A DNA stretch of 64,000 nt from Veleropilina oligotropha (taxonomy: Eukaryota). The notes under the pieces were generated by a model. It ran no database searches, was not told the origin of the DNA, and saw nothing but the letters and a program-made list of their open reading frames with translations. The DNA lies in NCBI GenBank assembly GCA_048128005.1, contig JBEUKZ010000100.1, forward strand, positions 434,001 to 498,000, written 5' to 3'. Position numbers and translations under genes: made by a program. Shown here piece by piece: positions 48,901-55,972 of this stretch (position 1 is the stretch's first letter; every line of letters begins with the position of its first letter).

Positions 48901-51386
48901 TGCTTTGAATCATGAACAGGCTTAATATTAGAAAGCAGAATAGGTTGGAATCGATTTCATGCCCACATTTACCTTTGTGACCTTGACCCTAGATCTTGGT
49001 ACGTGGGTACGGATTGTCAGGGAAATTCCGTGACCATTGCGAAGTCAGGAAAACGGCAGAGAATTTTGATATTTTTCCGGAAAATCATAACAAGTATAAC
49101 AACTTGTACCAGTCATGGAGTCGCTGGCATAGATATTAAAGAACTCAGCCTGATGTCATGCCTTTGGATAGATATATTTTAAATGATGAAAAATAAAATA
49201 TAGGGGTGTCATTAATAGGTATTATTACCCGCCCGTAAGCCAATGTGTACCCTGCTGACAATGACATTCTCATGTTAGATATTATTTTATAGTAGCAAAT
49301 AATATATTGACAAAAAATTACTCGCCTGTCAAACATAAATATCCTTCTATTGCTTTTTTAATTGAAACTCTTGTTTTGATGTTTTTCATATACTAGTATT
49401 CCACAATAACCATTCAATAGAAATAAAAAATACCTCTTTGTTCAGTTCGAAATCTGCAGAGGTTACCGGCAGAGCATATGACGTGTCAGCCGTAGACAAA
49501 GAACGTGTGGATATTTCAACGCCATCTCCATAAAATGTGACTTCGTAGGCTGTTTCATTGGCATTGTTATCAAGAATGGAACAAATCAAGGTCGAATCTC
49601 TGGTGTAGCTGAAGCTGAGGGACAGTTCTGCAAAACAAATATAAATTATAATCAATGCATGAATGGTAAACAAAACAAGAAAAACGCTGCAGCCAATCAC
49701 AAGAATGCTTGCGCGCAGGTCCAACATAATTATATTAATTAAATATATACATATTTAAAACATAAAGTGCCAAATGCTATAAATCTAAAAGAAATACCAA
49801 TTTCAATTCAATATCACTACCATGACAGGCAGCATCAATGGAAAATCAGAAAAAAACATTGAGATAGGCCACAAGAATGCTGGAGTTCAGGCATATATTG
49901 TAATATAACATTCCATACCATATCACTGCCAGAGTAGCATGTGGCACAAACACAGCTGAGATCAAAGTATGTACATGTACCATATATATTTATATGCAAA
50001 ATAGTGCCTGACCAACATGCACTCATTGAAAAAACTTCAACAGAAAACTGCGGACTGGGAATTGTGATTGGTTCGATGCTTGTGGATATTTACTTTCAGA
50101 TTCAAACCAGGATATGTCCATATATTATAGTGGGAGGAAATTCCTGTTGCCCATAAACTAAGCTGCTTGAAAATTGTGTTTAGCGATTTGACTAATTTGT
50201 CTAATAAATCTTTAGCCAAACATCAGAGTAATTTAGCCAAATAAAATATTGACAAATGTTTTATGATGTTTCTACACCATTTCTCTATATCTTATTCAAT
50301 AAATTTGTAATTTTTCAGATTCTACATTGAAAAACAGGGGAAACTTTCCAAAAATTTAAGTGCAATTACACAATTTTCACAATAATTATGTGATTATTAC
50401 ATCATATTAAGACAATTTAATATAAATTGTAATGAAAATGCTTTAGCTTTTTGGCTAAATGATAATGAAGAAAATTAGCCAAATCTGATTTTCTTTCTGA
50501 TTTGGCTACTAGTATTTGGTGAATGGCAGCTTATACCATGTACGGATGTGATTTGGTAACTGAACAAAGAATGCCATTTTCTCAACCAAGGTTCGAACGC
50601 ACTCCTGTTAGTCGCAGCAGTGAAGCCAGTGATTTCAGATACCATCAGAATCTGCACTGCATGATTTTACAGGGTCTGATATGTGATAAACATGTCCATC
50701 ATTCAAGTACAATAATTATTCTAGTCAGCCTTCAATTTACAGGTAGGGAAATCTTGTTTAACTGCAACATTACATATTAAGACTATCCCTTGGAACCAAG
50801 AACTGTTAAGTGTTAACTCATTATAATCTTTCGAAAATGAGCGTTATGGAGATTGTATGGTCAAGACTTATAATGACCCGGATGTCCGACATATCGCATC
50901 TGCTTCATCTTCATTTTCAAAGATGAAGATGTCTTGGGTCTTAGAAAAAACTTGCTTATCAATCTGTTGACTTATTATTACAATCAAACTCTTGTCTTCA
51001 TATTACATTAGCGATTTACGACGAATGCTGTACAAAAGTGGCACACAATGGACAAAAATTATTCGCAGTTCGCTTCTTTTGCTAGATGTAGGCTACCGGT
51101 ACGTGTTTACTTCGCTCAGAATTATCATGTATTTAGGTCTATGGAATTATTCAATGATTTGTGTACTTGCTAAAATACTTGCCAAGTTCATTATTGCAGA
51201 ACAATAATGTTTTCGACGATATTGGAATTTCTAGGAATCTATATTCGCAGAAAAACTCGACATGTTTATTTTAATTTCCCGCGTCCGACGATTCTTCGAT
51301 CGGATGTTTTCGAGTTTACCGGAAAGGCGCGAATGTACAGTCAGAATGAAGAGGGTGGGCGTCAATCTCCACGCCAACTGCACCAT
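1..51386 (-). CDS. Multi-exon host gene: secreted von Willebrand factor type D and EGF domain-containing (VWDE-like) protein; 3' part lies beyond the window start
   Basis: Sixteen GT-AG exons join with consistent phases and no stop: 51386-51320, 49627-49434, 48481-48395, 47909-47538, 46367-46291, 38395-38332, 36656-36444, 35880-35775, 26261-26153, 11550-11396, 11071-10962, 9364-9221, 2245-2086, 1565-1372, 464-276, 31-<1. VWD motifs are [13 protein letters not shown] and [10 protein letters not shown]...FSNSWR; the EGF-like motif is [14 protein letters not shown]. Confidence 0.85.
276..464 (-). CDS. VWDE-like exon 15
   Basis: [16 protein letters not shown]...[18 protein letters not shown]; donor GTGAGT. 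Confidence 0.8.
520..946 (+). mobile_element. 5'-truncated CR1/L2-group LINE 3' fragment
   Basis: C-terminal motif [27 protein letters not shown], then 3' UTR, AATAAA and (TTA)n tail. Confidence 0.75.
1372..1565 (-). CDS. VWDE-like exon 14 (EGF-like)
   Basis: tttctag acceptor; [15 protein letters not shown]...[20 protein letters not shown]...LVC; donor GTAATT. Confidence 0.85.
2086..2245 (-). CDS. VWDE-like exon 13
   Basis: cttgcag acceptor; [19 protein letters not shown]...[12 protein letters not shown]; donor GTAACT. Confidence 0.8.
3250..4175 (+). pseudogene. LINE ORF1 remnant: PHD-like finger plus SGNH/GDSL esterase
   Basis: [10 protein letters not shown]...[26 protein letters not shown] and DGLH esterase blocks; broken near 3560. 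Confidence 0.8.
4320..7141 (+). pseudogene. LINE ORF2 remnant: APE endonuclease plus reverse transcriptase
   Basis: Motif-bearing fragments 4257-4718, 4774-5103, 5546-5917, 5949-6194, 6258-6632 and 6623-6883 are colinear but separated by stops and frameshifts. Confidence 0.9.
7703..8979. repeat. Minisatellite, 46-bp unit, about 28 copies
   Basis: Unit GCTGAGCAGTGGG(A/T)TCAAACTCACTCC(C/T)GTGGA(A/T)CAGAGCAGTCAG; ACTCAC recurs at 7721 and 7767. Confidence 0.95.
9221..9364 (-). CDS. VWDE-like exon 12
   Basis: ctccag acceptor; [18 protein letters not shown]...DNCVLSLQ; donor GTATTG. Confidence 0.8.
10033..10931. mobile_element. Non-autonomous hAT-like DNA transposon (MITE)
   Basis: 8-bp TSD TTAAACAT (10025-10032 and 10932-10939); termini TAGAGTTG.../...CACCCCTA; subterminal TATCGCGATA palindromes. 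Confidence 0.75.
10962..11071 (-). CDS. VWDE-like exon 11
   Basis: ttgtag acceptor; [10 protein letters not shown]...[10 protein letters not shown]; donor GTAAGT. Confidence 0.75.
11396..11550 (-). CDS. VWDE-like exon 10
   Basis: ccttcag acceptor; [13 protein letters not shown]...[10 protein letters not shown]...GFRK; phase 2 to 1. Confidence 0.8.
11774..13062. mobile_element. Helentron-associated (HINE/DINE-like) non-autonomous element
   Basis: ACTAGAAATGTGCCCATGGGACAC hairpin plus ATGCCCC sub-TIR at the left end; CCCCAA...TTGGTGGGGCATAAAAA at the right end; inserted in an A-run. Confidence 0.55.
13285..13500 (+). mobile_element. tRNA-derived SINE (decayed)
   Basis: A-box-like TAGCCGAGAGG and B-box-like GATTCGAATCC; the core GGGTTT...TTTCCTC.CGCGATAA...ACATGTCCTG is shared with the copy at 45045. 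Confidence 0.65.
13507..15803. repeat. Minisatellite of 40- and 44-bp units (about 55 copies) with a 916-bp higher-order duplication; derived from the exon-9 donor region
   Basis: Unit GGTCCAGATCAGACTAATGGTTTACTACACTCACC(ACATC / ACCAGGTGT / GCCAGCTGTT); identical ORF-track translations at 13874 and 14790; the array resumes at 26133. Confidence 0.95.
17253..17726. mobile_element. pogo-like MITE nested in the larger element
   Basis: TIR CCG(C/T)AAAGCTTCTAATAG with TA flanks; subterminal repeats CCCGGCATCTATTAGAG. Confidence 0.7.
18669..18884. repeat. DIRS-A 3' ITR
   Basis: Reverse complement of 25834-26049, apparently identical; the same 62-aa spurious ORF appears on opposite strands. Confidence 0.95.
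18946..19036. other. DIRS-A internal complementary region (ICR)
   Basis: The first half is complementary to the element's left end (18634-18688) and the second half to its right end (26022-26060). Confidence 0.92.
19130..19401 (+). ncRNA. Putative conserved structured RNA or ssDNA, antisense to DIRS-A ORFs
   Basis: Colinear conservation and compensatory stems with 27483-27756; G-U pairs form on the + strand. Confidence 0.6.
19872..21230 (-). pseudogene. DIRS-A tyrosine recombinase (frameshifted)
   Basis: [32 protein letters not shown] and [17 protein letters not shown] occur in shifting frames. Confidence 0.88.
20850..22790 (-). pseudogene. DIRS-A RT / RNase H / methyltransferase-like ORF (frameshifted)
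   Basis: [34 protein letters not shown] and AYAFPP motifs. Confidence 0.9.
22760..25086 (-). pseudogene. DIRS-A gag-like ORF1 (frameshifted)
   Basis: Cys/His-rich N-terminus; homologous to DIRS-B gag (VMPPGFSxENVQAM, GNAxLLRRxAxL). Confidence 0.8.
25834..26049. repeat. DIRS-A 5' ITR
   Basis: Reverse complement of 18669-18884. Confidence 0.95.
26153..26261 (-). CDS. VWDE-like exon 9 (end of VWD domain)
   Basis: ttttgcag acceptor; [14 protein letters not shown]...EDFSNSWR; donor GTGAGT. Confidence 0.88.
27036..27242. repeat. DIRS-B 3' ITR
   Basis: Reverse complement of 34203-34406, with one 3-bp indel and one substitution seen. Confidence 0.92.
27306..27396. other. DIRS-B internal complementary region (ICR)
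   Basis: Complementary first to 27001-27053 and then to 34380-34417. Confidence 0.92.
27483..27756 (+). ncRNA. Putative conserved structured RNA or ssDNA, antisense to DIRS-B ORFs
   Basis: Homologous to 19130-19401, with covarying stems. Confidence 0.6.
28195..29523 (-). pseudogene. DIRS-B tyrosine recombinase (one in-frame TAA at 28456-28458)
   Basis: [11 protein letters not shown] and [10 protein letters not shown], then in the same frame HETRALATS...[13 protein letters not shown] (catalytic R, H-x-x-R, W and Y positions). Confidence 0.92.
29109..31287 (-). pseudogene. DIRS-B RT + RNase H + DNA N6-adenine methyltransferase-like domain (one frameshift near 29680)
   Basis: WRPILDL, DLTDAY, YLDDWL, FTDAS, DNTT and [11 protein letters not shown], then VDLFAT...YAFPP after a 2-bp deletion relative to copy A. 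Confidence 0.92.
31181..33424 (-). CDS. DIRS-B gag-like ORF1, 747 aa
   Basis: Uninterrupted ORF with an N-terminal Cys/His cluster and a basic C-terminus overlapping pol. Confidence 0.85.
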   Translation of the reverse strand: MYVAMVHCSVSGCRQKIRGFECTIHRVCFSDKKHPCEHCSVLTNRQWEILFPTENTTRASSPDGTSTEKLQRLETGFDTILSLSDPLGDSRVGTAAIAGSAVGTSETLGKVPESSSGSKVQVRARVQSDSSPLGLVTAAQSVLPTSKTHRALRRKAEQGRLNLSSPPASEEQGSISPSASLVASEQEAKRLAEKVDIVAGHHESGRSPRRSTKPILSSDNGACVKTIPATVGAHENDGRPITSDDSFQDVLGGVVGSAALGAEMYGGYCHVLHSSRVTDPYGLWSQSYGPFAPVNEPSGRFPGSGFPTGSPRPWFSAPPVRAARPPSATVTSSGPMAVGPTSVMPPGFSFENVQAMIAAEVESRCRSWLPATQPPQVPASLTVTPGSAHASVMEVDSRSDEDTTSTHSDLPESVGPDDSCSLSGTHEAVSATRRRYDAVASLRGVLDLLDPALPVSVVRHRTAARRFVGTEAPLLPTLPQSGLVSLVLDSATKSIQGSKSVETSSLTEYPSGLRKGRYLRPSRRPIPIGCSGTCLATEPVQIDAAMGRLSASTAPSVVKVPWAAMEGFESSARRALRHASIQDFFLDGAITVLQENGHRARDIALSFLEEVAASTENSASESARSLGNAVLLRRDACLDGTTLDDATRQSLRCVPLSASTLFGDKFTEFVEKRAADLKDRAIEKAVLATPRSTPAAASRKRSGPSRSHKPSKRAKPSYSGPPQAKKSTTKKAPPTKSRQSGRGKPRP
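34203..34406. repeat. DIRS-B 5' ITR (contains inward-facing TATAAA)
   Basis: Reverse complement of 27036-27242. Confidence 0.92.
34690..35105 (-). mobile_element. RTE-like LINE reverse transcriptase fragment
   Basis: [14 protein letters not shown]...[11 protein letters not shown]. Confidence 0.8.
35775..35880 (-). CDS. VWDE-like exon 8
   Basis: ttttcag acceptor; [11 protein letters not shown]...DFENTE; phase-1 donor GTAGGA. Confidence 0.85.
36444..36656 (-). CDS. VWDE-like exon 7
   Basis: ctttcag acceptor; IHILSRKC...[20 protein letters not shown]...NLYE; donor GTAAGT. Confidence 0.85.
37015..38234. repeat. Minisatellite, 43-bp unit, about 28 copies
   Basis: Unit CAGGCGTAT(A/T)GCAGTCGGGACACCCGAAGTTAGGACACACTGA. 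Confidence 0.95.
38332..38395 (-). CDS. VWDE-like exon 6
   Basis: ttacag acceptor; [21 protein letters not shown]; phase 2 to 0. Confidence 0.8.
38540..39213. repeat. Minisatellite, 23-bp unit, about 29 copies
   Basis: Unit GCAATGCTGGAGGAC(A/G)TCATATA. Confidence 0.95.
40950..43140 (-). pseudogene. Degenerate Academ-type transposase with XPG-like nuclease and Cys-rich tail
   Basis: [37 protein letters not shown] and [10 protein letters not shown] fragments in colinear order. Confidence 0.7.
42673..42871. mobile_element. hAT-like MITE with 5-bp TSD
   Basis: TIR CAGGGCTCGATTTA; TSD TGCTC. Confidence 0.75.
43500..44714. mobile_element. hAT-like non-autonomous element with 5-bp TSD
   Basis: TIR CAGGGGT(C/A)GAAATTAAC; TSD TTACT. 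Confidence 0.78.
44739..44947. repeat. Tandem repeat, 22-bp unit, about 9-10 copies
   Basis: Unit GGCATCCGTAGGGCATCCACAC. Confidence 0.9.
45045..45301 (+). mobile_element. tRNA-derived SINE, full length
   Basis: A box TGGCAGCGCAGTGG, B box GGTTCAATACC, GGGTTT...GGTTTCCTCC core, and a 14-bp TSD TCATGTCA(C/A)CTTAC. Confidence 0.8.
46291..46367 (-). CDS. VWDE-like exon 5 (start of VWD domain)
   Basis: [25 protein letters not shown] resembles the C-x-x-x-GDPH-x-x-TFD start of VWD; donor GTAAGT; phase 2. Confidence 0.85.
47538..47909 (-). CDS. VWDE-like exon 4
   Basis: ttttcag acceptor; 124 codons VSSELFF...[10 protein letters not shown]...LARTIT; donor GTGAGT. Confidence 0.85.
48395..48481 (-). 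CDS. VWDE-like exon 3
   Basis: tttcag acceptor; [29 protein letters not shown]; donor GTAAAT; phase 0/0. Confidence 0.8.
49434..49627 (-). CDS. VWDE-like exon 2
   Basis: ttttgcag acceptor; [17 protein letters not shown]...FELNKE; donor GTATTT. Confidence 0.8.
51320..51386 (-). CDS. VWDE-like exon 1 (start codon, putative signal peptide)
   Basis: ATG in ccATGG context; [22 protein letters not shown]; phase-1 donor GTAAAC matches the phase of the next exon. Confidence 0.7.
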
Positions 51387-51469
51387 GGACGGACACGACA
51401 GGTGAAGGGACGCAACTCTGCTGGAGATTGGGTGGGCGCGTTACTACGGAAAGACACTCGGGCAGGGTC

Positions 51470-51478
51470 ATTTTAATA
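51470..51478 (-). promoter_or_regulatory. Possible TATA-like box (TATTAAAA) of the host gene
   Basis: Lies about 85 bp upstream of the proposed ATG in a locally GC-richer stretch; motif evidence only. Confidence 0.25.
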
Positions 51479-53329
51479 CCACACCGGTGCGTTCATGCTA
51501 ATTGCTAAATGCTAAATGCGTTTTGCAATATTTTAAAGCCAATGTATAGTGCCAATTAAAATTAGCTTGGTTATTGTAAATACATCGGTAAAATTCAGGG
51601 GCGGATCCAGGATTTTCGCTTAGGGGGGGGGGGGGGGGGGCGCCGAATTTACTATCAACTGTTCGCGTTGAGGCGGGGCCCCACGTGAAAGAACATTTTG
51701 ACAATCAACAGCCTGAAACCTCCTCTCCTGCACTCTGACAGGGCAAAATCGATATTTGTTACCAACATTTATGAACCATTTTCACTAAAATGTATGAGTA
51801 TTTTTTTCACAATCTAACACATTTCTGCTTTCAAACGTGGGGTTCAGACAGCCTAGCTGTATCCCCAGAAAAGGCAAGAAACGGTGTGAAACTCGATCCA
51901 TCCTGAATTTTTACACTAATTTGTTTTCACTGAAATTTATAAAAATAATAACAGAGGCGGTCGCAGTTTAGTATTTGAAGGTTTTAAGTATAGAGTGAAG
52001 AGAACGTGAAATGTGAAATTGTGAAATGTGTTTTTGTAAATATTTATTTGTATTAATATATCTATCTTTATGATGTTCATTGCCATTTGGCCTTGTAAAT
52101 AGCCATGCCACCAGAGGATTATAAAATATTTGCTGATACGGCCCCTACTTTTGCCATTGTTGTCTAAATTAACACCTATCGGTAAGATCAAAAGCTGGTG
52201 GCAAAGTGGGAAGACCCCATGTATGTATGCATGCATATATATACACGGACCATTTGATAATGTCTTGTCCTTTTTTACAAGAAGGTCAAGACATAAAAAT
52301 AGGGGGAAACGTATGTTTATAACCATTAGTACAACAGTAATAGTCTACTGCATATTACGCAATAAAAATCGGAAACAATGGGTAGTAATAAGAACAGATG
52401 TTGAATTGAGGAAGTTTTGTCTAATCTCGCGAGAACGGAGCTCCCGGGGCTTATATTTGTAACACTATATGCGCGGTCACACCCATGAAATGAACCGAGA
52501 TACGAAGCCAAGAGTGTCTGGTGCCTCAAACCACACGGACACATACATCATTCGTGCCATGTATGTATTGTTGCAGGCGTGCGTATATGAAAAGGAGATT
52601 AGAATGTTTATGAAGCCCACGTATTCGTACCAAGCGTATGCCTACCGTGGTCAACCCACTCTGGTGAAACGTGTAAGATCATTAAAGAGTGCTCGTGTTT
52701 AATAACAGTACTATGTACGTATGGTTTCATTGATCCGTGCATGGTAGCTTTCATACATACACTGTCTTCATGCATTCGAGTACGTATAAAAAGATAAGAG
52801 ATACGTGTTACTCTCATAATGGAATTGTCCAAAAGGCGATCAATTGAATTAGGTTTCTGGTACAGAACAACAAATGATTGATGATTTTTATTAAAAGGTA
52901 AAATTCGATTATTGTTCTGAGCCGAAACATAATGTATTGCGATAATTTTTGAAACATACAATTTTTATTAAAGTTTAAACGACCGTAGGTATCCCATATA
53001 AAAGGTTAATAACGGCTCTTGCTCTGAAGCATTTAACTAGCCACTTATATAATATGGTATCGAAAATCAACATTTTCAAAACTGAAAATTTCAAATAAAG
53101 ACGCCTATTCAATTACGGTATTATGATTTTCAATAATGACGTTAAATTCGCAACGTATAAACGTACATTTAGCTATAAAAGCATTCACAGTATATATAAA
53201 TACGATATATTTTATTACATTATAGCAATGTAGCTGTACTGTAAATCTTTTTACCACCTCTAAACGAATCATTAAAAGACTGTGTAAAATCAAAATTTAA
53301 AGCAAACTCGATCAAATATCGAATTATTT

Positions 53330-54159
53330 GTCTCATATAAATATGAATAAAATTTAAATTGGTCTTTTCACGCATTATCAGTAATAAAGAAAGTGAAGAG
53401 TAAACTTTTTATTTTAAGTAGAATTCAAAGGTTTTTACCATTTCATGCACGTAAATTGTTTTATAATATGTTTATTTTACCTCATATTGACTATTGTCTT
53501 TCTATATGGGGATCATGTTCTCAACACGATCTTAATAGACTGGAAAGTTTACAAAAACGGGGAATGAGATTGATATTGGGTTGTGATGCATCTACTTCAT
53601 CTCATGAACTGTATGACAAAATGGGATGGTTTTCTATATTTTTTCGATTTAAGCTAAATACTTTTTTACTCGGTTTTAAGGGAATTCATGGCCTTGCTCC
53701 TTCATATATATGTGATATTTTAAGTATGCATACGCCAGCTAGATCACTAAGATCATCAGATAATAGCACTCTCTTAACAATTCCCTTATCTCGCACCGAA
53801 CTGTTCAAAATAAGTTTTAAAATAAATGGACCGAAATTATTTAATGATTTACCACTGTCTGTAAGAAATTCTTCATCATTGGAAACTTTTAAATCGGCAT
53901 GTTACACGCACTTTTAGCAGAGTTTAGACATGCACGCACAGCATCGTGTTTTATTGTCCTTTTATCTCATTTTATCTTTTGTCTTTTATCTCGTGTTAAT
54001 TGTTGTTCTTATATTTCTGTCCTTTATCTTTTATCTGGTGTACATATAATTGTTGTACTTTATTGTTATATCTCCCGACACCGATGAAAAGAGGTCTATG
54101 GCCTATCTGTTTTATCGATACTAGTATTTTAAATAAAGTGCATTATTATTATTATTATT
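53330..54159 (+). mobile_element. 5'-truncated L2/CR1-group LINE
   Basis: ORF 53393-53917 (FYNMFILPHIDYC, GPKLFNDLP), AATAAA and (ATT)n tail. Confidence 0.85.
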
Positions 54160-54994
54160 AGGGCTTCAAGGTCTTTCAAGAACTGAGTAGCGTGATCTTA
54201 TCGACACTTGGTAGTTTTGACAAAGCATTATATCGGTATATGTTGTTCTAATGGAATACTTTGTGAGACAAATTAAAAAGGAGTTATGAAGACATTAAAT
54301 TTAATATTAAATTGACTGTAACTTCTTTAATTTTCATTTATATGAAACGTGACGCAATTCATTTTATTCGTATCGAAAATATCTAATGTAATATCTATAG
54401 AATACATCGCTAAAATGAGTTGCTTGAGAGTTATTAGACTTAGATTTTTTAGATGAATATTGCTTCATAGCGCCTCTAAAAATCGTCCTTTTTCTTCCAG
54501 ATTTTCGCATAAAATATACTATATAAAGATCGTTATATTAGAGAATTGTGACAAGAATACAATAAGTACTTTCATTGTTTAAAAAATACTATTTTAATTC
54601 CTCGTCTCATTTCGGCGCGACCAGCTCAGTGCTAATTGCCTTATCAGATGAAGTAGGCAGTTTATGAGCCTGTCTCTTTGAGGTGTCATAAAGACGCGCG
54701 CCAACCCTGTCCAGTGGACAGCAAGGCCCTTGAGAAGTTCTGCTATCAGGCTTAAGTAAACATTTAGCCAACAGAAGGCTACATGATTCAGTAACTGTTA
54801 ATATATGGTGAAAACATTGATATTCTGTTGGTCAGTCCAGTTGCGCATTCATTATTGCCATTGGAAACGAGGCAGACAGTGAAGACGTGTTTTTTCTTAG
54901 CTCCGCCAAAAGTTGAAAAATGTCCGTATAAAGTCTAAAAATGGCGACAAATAAGTTACTAACTAACTGATAACTACCATCAGCACGCGTAAGG

Positions 54995-55972
54995 ATGTCT
55001 TCTTCGGCCGAGAAACATCGTCCCAGGCCAGAAAAGAAGCGCAAGGCAACAACATCGCCAAAGGATCTCTACAAATTACCAGATAACCCGGCGGCCATGA
55101 CACCAGGCAAGGGAAAAACAGCTTCAACCCCCACACAGATAAGTACAAATGCCGATCTAGACGAAGAGGACTGCCCATCATGGGCTAAGGTACTGTGTAA
55201 AACTATGTTCGAGATCAGTCATAAATTAAACATCATGGAATCTTCTCTATGTAATGTGTGTATAAAAGTAGACAGAATTGAGTCGAAGCTAAACGTAACG
55301 ATCGTTGAAGTTGACAAAATGTCTACAGAGGTCAACAATGCTAAGGCCAAAATCGGTGAACTGGAAAATAGCATTCAATACCAAAGTGACACGGTCGATG
55401 AATTATGGACTAACTATACGTATCAAGAAGAAAAAATGCTAGAGAAGGAAGAAAGTGACAATAAAACGATCAACAGCTTAAACAATGCTATGAAGAATTT
55501 GAAAGCAAGAGCCATAGAACAAGAGGCAAGATCGCGCAGGAACAATTTAATTTGTATGGGTATACCAGAAAACCCCGATGAAAATTGTGATAACATTCTA
55601 AGGGATTTTATGAAAGTTGAGCTGCGTGTTGATGCAGAATTTGCAACAAACGTAAAATTCCAACGTGTGCATCGAATCGGAAAGCGTCTGTCACACCCGA
55701 ACAATAGGAAGACAAGACCACTAATTGCTGGCTTTGTTTTCCACCAGGAGAGAGAGTTTATACGATCTCAAGGAAAGCATTTAGCTAACAAACCATTCAG
55801 CGTTAATGAGGACTTCCCTAAGGAAATTAGAGATGCACGTCAACAACTGGTTCCACATTTAAAAGAACTGAAGCGTGAAGGAAAGCGTGCCACGATCGTA
55901 TACCCGGCGAAATTGATCAGCAACGGAATACTGATCCGTGAAGTCCCTGTGTTTAGTCGACCAACAGAATAG
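54995..55972 (+). CDS. LINE ORF1, 325 aa (coiled coil plus L1-ORF1/Tnp22-like RRM)
   Basis: Intact ORF with EARSRRNNLICMGIPE, RVHRIGK and VNEDFPKEIR motifs. Confidence 0.85.
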   Translation: MSSSAEKHRPRPEKKRKATTSPKDLYKLPDNPAAMTPGKGKTASTPTQISTNADLDEEDCPSWAKVLCKTMFEISHKLNIMESSLCNVCIKVDRIESKLNVTIVEVDKMSTEVNNAKAKIGELENSIQYQSDTVDELWTNYTYQEEKMLEKEESDNKTINSLNNAMKNLKARAIEQEARSRRNNLICMGIPENPDENCDNILRDFMKVELRVDAEFATNVKFQRVHRIGKRLSHPNNRKTRPLIAGFVFHQEREFIRSQGKHLANKPFSVNEDFPKEIRDARQQLVPHLKELKREGKRATIVYPAKLISNGILIREVPVFSRPTE

